Assembly (NCBI RefSeq): GCF_004010195.1
Contig: NC_057717.1
Location: forward strand, 107,124,062-107,163,824
Origin: Chiloscyllium plagiosum
Lineage: Eukaryota
DNA length: 39,763 nucleotides
Direction of reading: 5' to 3'
Shown here: in pieces, positions 1 through 10,808 of the stretch
Layout of the letters: each line of letters begins with the position of its first letter
Position numbering within the stretch: the first letter of the stretch is position 1
Notes under the pieces: model-generated
What the model was told of the DNA's origin: nothing
Database searches by the model: none
What the model saw: only the letters and a program-made list of their open reading frames with translations
Made by a program: the position numbers and the translations under genes

Positions 1-737
1 ACAGTGCCCCCAGTGTGTGCAGTGTGATGGACAGACAGTGCCCGCGCTGTGTGACAGACAGTGCCCACACTGTGCGCTATGTGACAGTGTCCACACTGTA
101 CTCTGTGTGACAGATAGTGCCCACACTGTACGCTGTATGACAATCAGTGCCCACACTGTGCGCTGTGTGACAGACAGTGCCCCCAGTGTGTGCAGTGTGA
201 TGGACAGACAGTGCCCGCGCTGTGTGACAGACAGTGCCCACACTGTGCGCAGTGTGACATACAGTGCCCCCAGTGTGTGCAGTGTGATGGACAGACAGTG
301 CCCGCGCTGTGTGACAGACAGTGCCCACACTGTGCGCAGTGTGACATACAGTGCCCCCAGTGTGTGCAGTGTGATGGACAGACAGTGCCCGCGCTGTGTG
401 ACAGACAGTGCCCACACTGTGCGCTATGTGACAGTGTCCACACTGTACTCTGTGTGACAGACAGTGCCCACACTATGCGCAGTGTGACATACAGTGCCCC
501 CAGTGTGTGCAGTGTGATGGACAGACAGTGCCCACACTGTGTGACAGACAGTGCCCACACTGTGTGCTGTGTGACAGACAGTGCCCGCAGTGTGTGCAGT
601 GTGATGGACAGACAGTGCCCACACTGTGTGACAGACAGTGCCCACACTGTGCGCAGTGTGACATACAGTGCCCCCAGTGTGTGCAGTGTGATGGACAGAC
701 AGTGCCCACACTGTGTGCTGTGTGACAGACAGACAGT
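1..737. repeat. Tandem minisatellite with about 25-32 bp subunits (core gacagacagtgcccacactgtg) arranged in an approximately 87-bp higher-order unit; runs off the window start
   Basis: Direct repetition in the sequence. The ORF track repeats a 29-aa unit (QCDGQTVPALCDRQCPHCAQCDIQCPQCV), i.e. 87 bp. Confidence 0.95.
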
Positions 738-1019
738 GGTGAATAGAATGAATGTTAGGGATGCTGGATGTAATACCAGTCAAGTGGTCTGCTTTGTCCT
801 GGATGATGTTATACTTCTTGAGAATTGTTGGAGCGCCATCATCCAGGGAATTGGAGATTATTCCATCACATTCCTGACCTGTTGTTTGTAGATAATGGAC
901 ACGCTGTGGTGAATCAGGAAGTCAATATTTGCAGCTTCTGACCTGACCTGATAGCCACTGTATTTATTTACCTGGTCCAGTTCAGTTTCTGGTCAATGGT
1001 TAATCTTCTCTCGATTTTG

Positions 1020-2375
1020 GGGTGGTGCCAGAGGACTGGAGTTTTACAAACATTAAGTTGTTCAGAAATGATTGAAAAGATCAACCCAGCAATGTAAGAC
1101 CAATCGCTTTAACTTTGGTCATGAGGAAATTTCTAGAAAGAATTATTTGGGAGGATTAATAGTGATGTGAAAACTGCGTGTCAATTTGGAAGAGTCAGCA
1201 TGAATTTGGGATGATTTTATTGAACGACTGGAATGTTTTGTAGAGATAACAAAGTTGATGAGAGTCCAGGCTGTTGATATGGACTTCAGAAGGTGTTGAT
1301 GCAGTGCCATACAACAGACTTGTGAGGGAAGTTCAAGGTCAAAATATAACACAGCCAGTAGCAATGTAGATGCAGAATTGACAGAATGAGAGGAATCAGA
1401 GAGCAAGGGGTCAATGGTCATTCTTCAAGCTGAGAAAGCTCTTTCGTGCAGCTACCCTGGGGTCGGTATTGAAACCTGTGCTTTTCGTGACATTTTACAC
1501 ATATATATAAACTCGAAGACTTGATGTGCAAGGGACACTTTCAGAATTTGTAGATGACACAGCACTTGTCAAAATTGTAAAGCCTGGGGAGGACAGTGTA
1601 GAACTTCAAAAAGACTTTGCCAGATTGGCAGAGTGAGTGGATAGGTAGCAGATGATGTTGAATGTGGGGAAGTAAGAGGTGTTGCACTTTGATACAAAGA
1701 ATATCGAGGGGCAGTACAAAATAAAGGTTCCTGTTCTAAAGGATATGCAGACCCGGTCTATATGTCCATAAGTAACTGACAGTGGAAAGGCAGGTACAGT
1801 ACAATATTCTAGGTTCATTAATAGATCACAAGACCAGGGAGGTAATACTGAACTTCTCTAGATCACTCTTTAGACCTCAGCTGTGTGCAGTTCTGGGCCG
1901 TGCACTGTAGGAAGGATGTGTATGTCTTGGAAAGTGCAGAAGAGGTTGATGAGAATATTTTGAGGGATAAGAAATGTCAATATCAGAACAGATTGGAGAG
2001 ATTAGGACTGCTTCATTAGGGAGGAGAATGTGATGGGGAGGTCTGATGAGGGGCATGTGCAATGAATAGGGAAAACCTGTTCCCATAAGTAAAAGCATCA
2101 AGAACCAAAATGGCACAGATTGAAAATGATTTCAAAAGCAGCAAACATGAGGTGAGAAAAACGTTCGCACACGTCTGGTTGGCACCTGGAATGCACTGAC
2201 TGGAAGTGTGGAGGAAGCAGTTTCAATCGAGACATTCAGGAGAGCATTGGGTGAAAATTTAAATAGAGACAATGCCAAGCTCGTGATTGGCTTTTGAGTC
2301 AGATTGCTCAGGCAACCAGTGCTGATATGATGGGCTGAATGGCCTCCTTTGCACTGAAACAATTCTGTGATTGTA
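1020..2375 (+). mobile_element. Degenerate CR1-clade LINE fragment (RT region to 3' tail)
   Basis: Decayed CR1 RT motifs (ttgatatggacttcagaagg, approximately MDFQK; tttgtagatgacac, approximately F-DD) and the typical tail atgggctgaatggcctcct. Boundaries approximate. Confidence 0.75.
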
Positions 2376-2785
2376 TAAACAGTCGCCCCATCCATTGTGA
2401 ATGTTGATAGCAGTGGGCAGCCAGGATATTTGCTCAGAATGCTTCTTGGTGAGTCTTGTATCTCATCAGGTACCAGCAGCCTGGTGAACAATTGGCATAA
2501 ACTGGGAACCACATTTCGATGCAGCTCCAGGTCTGGTCCCAGTTTCTGAAATCTGAAAGCGAGGGTGTTTGTACGGTGATTGTTTTCAGAAACTGGGTGA
2601 ACTGTCAGTCTTATCTTCCACCTGAACTGCCTGTGAGTTGAACTCGAGAAATCAGTCTTCAGATTCTTTGACCACACCCAGACACTGTCCTGAGATTAAG
2701 ATTATCCAAACTCAGTGTACAGTCCGAATTGTCTCTTTTCCAACTGTCCAGGAATTACATGAAGAGCGAGTCAACAGTACTGACT

Positions 2786-2964
2786 CTGGATTAGTGGTGC
2801 TGGAAGAGCACAGCAGTTCAGGCAGCATCCAAGGAGATTTTGCCCGAAACGTCGATTTCGAAGCTCCTTGGATGCTGCCTGAACTGCTGTGCTCTTCCAG
2901 TGTGCTCTTCCAGCACCACAAATCCAGAATCTGGTTTCCAGCATCTGCAGTCATTGTTTTTACC
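2786..2964. mobile_element. Miniature palindromic Penelope-derived insert (family B terminal repeat) with 11-bp TSD
   Basis: Inverted arms ctggattagtggtgctggaagagcacagcagttcaggcagcatccaagga and its reverse complement. Flanked by cagtactgact at 2775-2785 and 2965-2975. Same sequence as 17160-17270 and 39627-39740. Confidence 0.85.
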
Positions 2965-3122
2965 CAGTACTGACTGTCTGTCTGTCAATTCCTGAAGAAA
3001 AGGAAGTTAGAAAGCAGGTTAATACACTCAGAACAGGAGTAGAACTGGATCTAAAAATTCTTTTGGGAAGATAAAAAAGAAAAAAAAATGTGTTTCTGTT
3101 CGCCGAGCTGGGAATTTGTGTT

Positions 3123-3162
3123 TCAGATGTTTCGTCCCCTGTCTAGGTGACATCCTCAGTGC
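3123..3162 (-). ncRNA. Minimal hammerhead ribozyme motif, family C
   Basis: Minus strand reads gca CTGAGGA tGTCaCCTagacAGGgGAC GAAAC ATC tg: core boxes plus stem II, with an AUC triplet instead of GUC. Confidence 0.65.
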
Positions 3163-3792
3163 TTGGGAGCCTCCTGTGAAGCGCTTCTGTGATGTTTCCT
3201 CCGGCATTTATAGTGGTTTGTATCTGCCACTTCCGGTTGTCAGTTCCAGCTGTCCATTGCAGTGGTCGGTATATTGGGTCCAGGTCAATGTGCTTATTGA
3301 TTGAATCTGTGGATGAGTGCCATGCCTCTAAGAATTCCCTGGCTGTCCTCTGTGTGGCTTGTCCTATAATAGTAGTGTTGTCTCAGTCGAACTCATGTTG
3401 CTTGTCATCTGCGTGTGTGGCTACTAAGGATAGCTGGTCATGTCGTTTCGTGGGACAAATAGGAAGACAGCTAACGGTCTGCATCCATGAACACCAACTA
3501 GCCACGAAACGACATGACCAGCTATCCTTAGTAGCCACACACTCAGATGACAAGCAACATGAGTTCGACTGAGACAACACTACTATTATAGGACAAGCCA
3601 CACAGAGAACAGCCAGGGAATTCCTAGAGGCATGGCACTCATCCACAGATTCAATCAATAAGCACATCGACCTGGACCCAATATACCGGCCACTGCAGCG
3701 GACAACTGGAACTGACAACCGGAAGCGGCAGATACAAACCACTATAAATGCCGGAGGAAACATCACAGAAGCACTTCACAGGAGGCTCCCAA

Positions 3793-3826
3793 GCACTGAG
3801 GATGTCACCTAGACAGGGGACGAAAC
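3793..3826 (+). ncRNA. Minimal hammerhead ribozyme motif, family C (cut by gap)
   Basis: gca CTGAGGA tGTCaCCTagacAGGgGAC GAAAC, then Ns. Confidence 0.65.
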
Positions 3827-4060
3827 NNNNNNNNNNNNNNNNNNNNNNNNNNNNNNNNNNNNNNNNNNNNNNNNNNNNNNNNNNNNNNNNNNNNNNNNNN
3901 NNNNNNNNNNNNNNNNNNNNNNNNNNNNNNNNNNNNNNNNNNNNNNNNNNNNNNNNNNNNNNNNNNNNNNNNNNNNNNNNNNNNNNNNNNNNNNNNNNNN
4001 NNNNNNNNNNNNNNNNNNNNNNNNNNNNNNNNNNNNNNNNNNNNNNNNNNNNNNNNNNNN

Positions 4061-4802
4061 GAGGGTCAGTGCTGTGGGAGTGCCACACTGTTGGAGGGTC
4101 AGTGCTGAGGGAGTGCCGCACTGTTGGAGGGTCAGTGCTGAGGGAGTGCCGCACTGTTGGAGGGTCAGTGCTGAGGGAGTGCCGCACTGTTGGAGGGTCA
4201 GTGCTGAGGGAGTGCCGCACTGTTGGAGGGTCAGTGCTGAGGGAGTGCCGCACTGTTGGAGGGTCAGTGCTGAGGGAGTGCCGCACTGTTGGAGGGTCAG
4301 TGCTGAGGGAGTGCCGCACTGTTGGAGGGTCAGTGCTGAGGGAGTGCCGCACTGTTGGAGGGTCAGTGCTGAGGGAGTGCCGCACTGTTGGAGGGTCAGT
4401 GCTGAGGGAGTGCCGCACTGTTGGAGGGTCAGTGCTGAGGGAGTGCCGCACTGTTGGAGGGTCAGTGCTGAGGGAGTGCCGCACTGTTGGAGGGTCAGTG
4501 CTGAGGGAGTGCCGCACTGTTGGAGGGTCAGTGCTGAGGGAGTGCCGCACTGTTGGAGGGTCAGTGCTGAGGGAGTGCCGCACTGTTGGAGGGTCAGTGC
4601 TGAGGGAGTGCCGCACTGTTGGAGGGTCAGTGCTGAGGGAGTGCCGCACTGTCGGAGGGTCAGTGCTGTGGGAGTGCCACACTGTCCGAGAGTCAGTGCT
4701 GAGGGAGTGCCGCACTGTCGGAGGGTCAGTGCTGTGGGAGTGCCACAATGTCCGAGAGTCAGTGCTGAGGGAGTGCCGCACTGTCGGAGGGTCGGTGCTG
4801 AG
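4061..4802. repeat. 33-bp minisatellite (gagggtcagtgctgagggagtgccgcactgttg)n, about 22 visible copies
   Basis: Near-perfect tandem copies; 11-aa periodicity (GSVLRECRTVG) in the ORF track. Confidence 0.97.
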
Positions 4803-4960
4803 ATATGAGATGGAAACGAAAAGCCTATTGATAACTCCCCGGTGGAGGTTTATAAACACAGGAGCTCCATTTGAAGAAGAGCAGTGGTATTTTCTCTCTG
4901 ATCTTGAGGTAATATTTCTCTCTCAGTCAGTATCATTGAACACTATATTATGATTGTCTT
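4803..4960 (+). mobile_element. Degenerate Deu-domain SINE body following the 33-bp array
   Basis: atgagatggaaacg...ggtggagg...atttgaagaagagcag...ttctc...aatattt resembles the DeuSINE (SacSINE1/AmnSINE) core as I recall it, and the copy at 38281-38600. Confidence 0.55.
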
Positions 4961-5249
4961 ACTCTTAATATTAATGTGGCGAGTGTCTTATCACATGTCA
5001 CAACAGGAACTAAACTTCAAAGGTATTCTGGATACCCAGAGAGTGAAAAAGGCAATGTAAATGAAGGCTTTCTTTTAAGTCAAATAAAATTAATATACTT
5101 ATCAAAAAGATTAAATTTTTAAGCCAGATGCAACAATGAAAGAGAGTAGTGGGGATTTGGAGACTGAAAACTTCATGAAAGTTCCCTCCTAAAATGTACA
5201 CAGTCTAACAAGTCACATCTTGTGTGTTTATGTGTTTCTGTGCCCTACA

Positions 5250-5620
5250 GACACCAGATTCACTCCATCTTTAGATTACTAGCTATTCCTTAACAGTCAA
5301 CACCATCTACAAGATGCAATGCAGCAACTCACCAAGGCTCCTCACACAGCACCTCCCAAATTCATGACCACTTTCATTGAGAAGGGCGAGAGCAGCAGGT
5401 ACATGGGAACACCGCCCCCTGTAAGCTTCCCCCCGTCCCCTCACTATCCCGTCAGTGTCATTAAACTCCATCCCTAACAGCTTTGAGAGTGTCCCTGCAC
5501 CACATGGACTGCAGTGGTTGAAGAAGGAGCACACCATCACATTATCCAGGGGAATAAAGGATGGACAATGAATGCAGCCCAGCCAATGATGCCCACCTGC
5601 CCTGAACAGATAAAGAATTA
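5250..5620 (+). mobile_element. LINE 3' end fragment (CR1/L2-group, common shark repeat)
   Basis: catctacaagatgca..gcagcaactcaccaaggctcct...ggactgcagtggttgaagaagg...cagccaatgatgccca recognised as a shark LINE 3' region. Confidence 0.6.
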
Positions 5621-5736
5621 GAGAGAGTCCTGCCACCCCACTGAGACAGAAAAGAAAGTCTCATTAATGTCTTAGTTGTTTTCCTGAAGCCAGCAGTCTG
5701 CTTCCACTTTGCCTATTTGCACATACACAGTCCCCC

Positions 5737-5744
5737 TGACGTCA
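5737..5744. promoter_or_regulatory. Perfect palindromic cAMP response element TGACGTCA in a putative intronic PDE4 promoter
   Basis: Exact 8-mer in non-repetitive sequence 370 bp upstream of the FKRMLNREL exon. Mammalian PDE4 short isoforms are known to use cAMP-inducible intronic promoters. Confidence 0.55.
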
Positions 5745-5969
5745 TCATTACAATTGCAGAGTGAAACCTGCACACTGTGTACCTGACTGGCACACTCGCG
5801 GGATGGAGGCAGTGGGGGGATTGAGTGAGACAGTTAGTAAGCTATAATTGCAGGATTTGCATTGGTAGGAATCATTTGCCAAAACAGATTTTCTTGATGT
5901 TGCGCCTGTTAAAATACATTGCGTTGTTTGATGGTTCGGGTGCTGAGGATTCTTTGGTGCAAGAAGCTA

Positions 5970-6017
5970 ATGGCAGCGTCTCTGATGCCAGAGACTGTGA
6001 CAGTCTGGCTGGGAAGG
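5970..6017 (+). CDS. Candidate isoform-specific first coding exon of a super-short PDE4 (MAASLMPETVTVWLGR)
   Basis: In-frame ATGs at 5970 and 5985. A phase-0 donor AGG|GTGACA at 6018 would join FKRML in frame over a 96-nt intron. The donor is weak; inference only. Confidence 0.3.
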
Positions 6018-6110
6018 GTGACAGCAGACACTGCCTCAAAACATTTGGGGATGAAAGAGGTGCTGAGCTGTTTGGGGTTAATGTTCATACCTTGCTCTTG
6101 TTCTCTATAA

Positions 6111-6212
<102 letters not shown>

Positions 6213-6257
6213 TGAGAACACAATCCAGAGAAAGACCCCCATTGAAAGGGTCAACTA

Positions 6258-6480
6258 GGGAGACAGAAGGAGAGAGGAGTCACCCTGGGGAGACAGAGTG
6301 AGGAGCCACCCCAGAGAGATAGAGGGAGAAGAGTCACCCCAGGGAGAGAGGAACCACCCCAGGGAGACAGAGAGAGAGGGAGACAGAGAGAGAGGGAGAC
6401 AGAGAGAGAGGGAGACAGAGAGAGACAGAGAGAGAGGGAGACAGAGGGAGAGAGGGACTTCCTGAGGAGACAGACAGGAA
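6258..6480. repeat. GA-rich low-complexity / (GAGAGAGGGAGACA)n repeat
   Basis: Direct inspection. Confidence 0.85.
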
Positions 6481-6674
6481 GCTGACACCAAAGGGAGATG
6501 AAGACAACAACAGCCTGGGAAACAGGGGAAGATGAGGTTAGGAAGAGAAAGTCAGATAGAAATGGGAGAATGAGGGAAAGGGTTAGAGATGTAATTTCCT
6601 AAGAGGAAGGCTTGCTACAATTTCCAGGAGGGATCTGAGGGATGGCTGGACAAGAGCAGTTGCTGAACCTATTC

Positions 6675-6940
6675 TGTGTTTCTGTATGTGTATATTTTTA
6701 AAAGGGCACCTGTAACTTTAAATGCATTGGTATATTTGTTTCTCTGTATATTTGTGTCTATATTTTTGCATGTCCTTATATATTTGTGCCTGTATATTTG
6801 TATCTATATTTTTGCATGTCCTTATATATTTGTGCCTGTATATTTGTGGGCAGTCTGGGTACTGCCTTTGTAATTGTGGCACGCGCTGTGTTTGTGTCTG
6901 TATTTATGTGGGTGTCTGTGTATTTGGATATTTGTGTGAA
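6675..6940. repeat. TG/TA-rich low-complexity tract including a tandem duplicate of tatatttttgcatgtccttatatatttgtgcctgtatatttgt
   Basis: Direct inspection. Confidence 0.75.
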
Positions 6941-7019
6941 TCTAGATCTTTCTGCTGGAATGATGACATGATAATTCACCATTACATTTGACTCTGTCCA
7001 TCTGCCACTTTTTTTGCAG

Positions 7020-7201
7020 ACAAGCAGAATGAAGTGGAGATCCCACCTCCCACCCAGAAAGACCGAGAGAAGAAGAACAAACAGCCCATGTGTCACATCA
7101 GTGGAGTGAAGAAACTGACCCACAGCTCAAGCCTCAACCTGAGTAACTCAAGCATCCCCAGGTTTGGAGTAAAGACTCATCAGGAAGAAGCACTAACAAA
7201 G
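7020..7201 (+). CDS. PDE4A: PDE4 (PDE4A-like) exon, LR2 linker into start of catalytic region: (D)[60 protein letters not shown]
   Basis: Acceptor tttttttgcag, donor AAG|gtaaca, 182 nt, phase compatible with the previous exon (G+AC = Asp). DKQNEVEIP and [12 protein letters not shown] are closest to PDE4A. Confidence 0.92.
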
Positions 7202-7607
7202 GTAACATTGGGTTGTTGGTCCCCAGGGCACAAATACCAGCCAACTGCTCCAGGCTTGAAGTGGAAACTCTGTGAAAACCCCAGGGAATTGTCAAGCTGG
7301 CTCTGGGTTTAGCACTTTATGGAGCAGAAGCTTCCAGTTTCCACTTCCTTCCGTCTACACCAAATCACCTCCACCCACCTCCAACCTGCCTGTTTTTAGT
7401 AGATCTCAATTAGTGTAGCTGACCTCAGTACTCCAGCTAAACGCATCGCTCAGTGACTTCTTCAGTGTATGGGTGTCAGACAATACCATGGGAGCACATC
7501 ATTGAAAAGAGCAGTGATGTGCTCAAAGATCCAGTCACGCCTGGAGGGGGAGCATCCAGCAGCCCAGATAATTGAACTGTCTCACTGGGAAGCTCCTGAA
7601 AGATAAG

Positions 7608-8111
7608 AAAACTGTACCCCAGTCACACTCAGCACCTTCAGGAGAGGGGAAACTGTACCCCAGCGAGAGGCTGCACCTTCAGGAGAGGGGGAAGTGTACC
7701 CTGGGGAGAGTCAGCATCTTCAGGAGAGGGGGAACTGTACCCTGGGGAGAGTCAGCATCTTCAGGAGAGGGGGAACTGCACCCTGGGGAGACTCAGCATC
7801 TTCAGGACAGGGGGAACTGTACCCTGGGGAGAGTCAGCACCTTCTGGAGAGAAGGGAACAATACCGGGGGGAGAGTCAGCACCTTCAGGAGAGGGGGAAC
7901 AATACCGGGGGGAGAGTTAGCACCTTCAGGAGGGGGGGAACTGCACCCCAGTCAGAGTCAACACCTTCAGGAGAGAGGGAACTGTACCCTGGGGAGAGTT
8001 AGCACCTTCAGGAGGGGGGGGAACTGTACCCCAGGCGGAGTCAGCACCTTCAGGAGAGGGGGGATTGTACCCTGGGGATAGTCAGCACCTTCTGGACAGG
8101 GGGAACTGTAC
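7608..8111. repeat. About 41-bp G-rich minisatellite (cagcaccttcaggagagggggaactgtaccctggggagagt)n, running into a gap
   Basis: About 12 diverged tandem copies visible. Confidence 0.92.
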
Positions 8112-9139
8112 NNNNNNNNNNNNNNNNNNNNNNNNNNNNNNNNNNNNNNNNNNNNNNNNNNNNNNNNNNNNNNNNNNNNNNNNNNNNNNNNNNNNNNNNN
8201 NNNNNNNNNNNNNNNNNNNNNNNNNNNNNNNNNNNNNNNNNNNNNNNNNNNNNNNNNNNNNNNNNNNNNNNNNNNNNNNNNNNNNNNNNNNNNNNNNNNN
8301 NNNNNNNNNNNNNNNNNNNNNNNNNNNNNNNNNNNNNNNNNNNNNNNNNNNNNNNNNNNNNNNNNNNNNNNNNNNNNNNNNNNNNNNNNNNNNNNNNNNN
8401 NNNNNNNNNNNNNNNNNNNNNNNNNNNNNNNNNNNNNNNNNNNNNNNNNNNNNNNNNNNNNNNNNNNNNNNNNNNNNNNNNNNNNNNNNNNNNNNNNNNN
8501 NNNNNNNNNNNNNNNNNNNNNNNNNNNNNNNNNNNNNNNNNNNNNNNNNNNNNNNNNNNNNNNNNNNNNNNNNNNNNNNNNNNNNNNNNNNNNNNNNNNN
8601 NNNNNNNNNNNGATGCTGCCTGTGTTTTACCAGGACCCAATCAATACCTAAAACATGTTTGACCTGTGCCGGGTCTTCCCATCGTCAGGAATAGCAGCTA
8701 TCATCAGAGTCACTGCTCAGGAATCCACAACTGCCTCATTGCGGGTTTCATTGGCAAGTGGAGAGACAGCCATGATTGCAGCGGTGACCACAACTGGGGA
8801 CATGCTGGGTGGCAGAGGCCTATGCTGGATATTGCTGCAGGAATTGGCAGGCGGGTGACGATGGATGTCCAGCTCATGGCCAATGCCATCTTTTGCCTGA
8901 AACTGGTGGTGCTCGGACCTGACACTGTGCACAAGTTCGAGGATGCTACAGTGAATGATGGAATCCCGTTTGTGTGTATCCCTGCTTGGATGGAATTTCA
9001 CATCAGCCACAGGCTCCTGAACTTCCCTCAAGAGACTGCGCCCACAACCTGAGGCACTTGATGGGAATGCCCTCTGTGTCCTTCTTCCTGGCATGGATGT
9101 GATCGTTATACGGGCTGCTGCTGCACACCATTCACTTTG

Positions 9140-9580
9140 ACTCCTTTATCAGCCGTTTGGACACCCCTTGACATGGTAGGATCCTCTGTGAAAAGCCCTT
9201 CTACTTTCCATCTGGGACCTGTGGTCAAGGATGTTGCATGTCCTGTGTAAGTGCAGATTGTGGTGGTCATGGACTCCCAGCCCAACTGTTGATTTTGTGG
9301 CGCTGTGGAGTCTGTGGGTCACGTTTGGCGAGTTTTGGCGAGTGCACCTCCTTTACCGATATTTGAAAAATCTTTGTTGCGCTTTTGGTTGCTCTTCAGA
9401 ACTGCACTCTGGATCTCTGGGTATCCACTGAGGAGGCATGTGGGCAAATCAGAGGACCTCCTCATGGATCTGCTCCTGGGCCTAGCCAAGCAGGCTATTA
9501 ACAGGCCCAGGCAGTGGGTTGTGGAGGGGGTCATATCTGCTAACTGTCTGCCCCTCCACCACAGCTGTATTCATGCCCGG
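9140..9580 (+). mobile_element. Tx1/L1-clade LINE ORF2 C-terminal fragment (zinc-knuckle region)
   Basis: Translation FCGAVESVGHV...LLRFWL...EDLLMDLLLGLAKQAINR resembles the Tx1-type ORF2 C-terminus. Confidence 0.6.
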
Positions 9581-9581
9581 T

Positions 9582-9720
9582 ATCATCGAGTCATACAACA
9601 TGGAAACAGACCCTTCGGTCCAACAAATCCATGCCGACCATAGTCCCAAATTTAACTAGTTCCACCTGGCTGCAGTTGGTCTATATCCCTCCAAACATTT
9701 CTTATTCATGTACTTAGCTG
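9582..9720 (-). mobile_element. CR1 3' tail fragment
   Basis: catggaaacagacccttcggtccaac is the reverse complement of the tail at 18720-18745. Confidence 0.75.
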
Positions 9721-10384
9721 TCTTATATTCTGTTCTTGGAGTGGGAGTAGTATTCTCAATGCCTTTACAGAGTGATGGGCACTGCAGGGGTTTCAGTGTT
9801 TTCTATCTCCTTCCAACTCCATTTTGATTTAACCCCCTCCCCCTGCTCCCTACCTCTGCCTTACCTTTGATGGTTTGTACTGCTCTTAATAGGCTTTATG
9901 TGCAATGTATTCAATTGGAAACACATTGACTGACTGGTTGTGATGATTAATCAAAAAGAAAAAGTGCACAGTGATTTGGTGATGAAAAGAAATTCAGTTG
10001 TGTGTGATAGGCACCTCTGGATAAATTAAAAAAGTATGGATCTGTAGAACAGTTTGTCCCAGAGTGGGATTAACCTGAGTAGTGGCTCTATTTTGGTGTT
10101 CAACAATAACTGATGTTCCTTTCCTGAGTTATTAACTGTCTCAACTCATTTGCTGTTGAAGCTCTCATCCACAGCACTGTTAGCTTTTAACTCGAGTATT
10201 CCATTGCATCTCTGGATGCTCTCCCACATTGTACACTCCATAAACTTGAAGTTATTCAAAACTCTGCTGCCTATCTTTGAAATCTGTGAGATTTATCTCC
10301 CTACCACCTGATGCACATTAGCTCCTAATCAAACAACACCATGATTGAGGTCATAGATTCATTCGCTGAGCTGATGTGTTTTTC

Positions 10385-10425
10385 TGCAGACGTTTCGTCA
10401 CCTCGCTAGGTGCATCGTCAATGCA
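10385..10425 (-). ncRNA. Minimal hammerhead-like motif, family D (UUGACGA variant)
   Basis: Minus strand: TGCA TTGACGA tg CACCTagcgAGGTG ac GAAAC GTC TGCA, with stem I TGCA/TGCA. Confidence 0.55.
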
Positions 10426-10766
10426 CTTCCTGTGAAGTGTTGGTGGTCTGTCCTACCTGGTATTTATGTGTCGCTGTTTTCTGGTAATTCTGTTCTGTAT
10501 CTAAGTGGTTTGTATATGGGGTCCAGTTCAATATGTTTATTGATTGAGTCCCAGTTGAATTTATGTTCTATATTGTAACCATCCTAACACAGGCAAAACA
10601 GACACACACAAGAGAATTCCTTGAAGCCTGGCACTCCAATCAGAACTCAATCAATAAACATGGAACTGGACCCCATGTATAAACCACTCAGATACAGAAC
10701 AGGATCACTAGAAAACAGCGACACATAAATACCTGGTGGGACAGATCACAAACGCTTCACTGGAGG

Positions 10767-10808
10767 CGCATTGACGAGGCCACCTCGTGAGTTGACGAAA
10801 CGTCTGCA
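10767..10808 (+). ncRNA. Minimal hammerhead-like motif, family D, decayed stem II
   Basis: cGCA TTGACGA ggccacctcgtgagttgac GAAAC GTC TGCa. Confidence 0.5.

Larger units (their letters stand above)
3089..3826. mobile_element. Penelope-like element 3' end (GIY-YIG endonuclease remnant) as a head-to-head inverted dimer; truncated by a gap
   Basis: 3129-3450 is the reverse complement of about 3503-3826. Translation GQIGRQLTVCIHEHQLATKRHDQLSLVATH...HEFD followed by REFLEAWHS...SINKHIDLDPIY matches the PLE GIY-YIG C-terminus. Confidence 0.85.

Noticed and set aside
1..737. Many CACTGTG (RSS heptamer complement) motifs
   Set aside because: No nonamer at 12/23 spacing and no V/D/J segments; they are part of the satellite unit.
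17..891. Cys-rich, metallothionein/zinc-finger-looking ORFs
   Set aside because: They are translations of the tandem repeat, open in several frames on both strands, with no splice or homology support.
3651..4953. 400-aa ORFs and a CRISPR-like look of the 33-bp repeat
   Set aside because: Units are contiguous with no unique spacers, the context is vertebrate, and the ORFs arise from a stop-free 33-mer plus Ns.
8640..9110. GC-richer block with overlapping 125-128 aa ORFs
   Set aside because: No recognisable protein motif or PDE4 similarity; adjacent to a Tx1-like fragment and probably TE-derived, but I cannot assign it.
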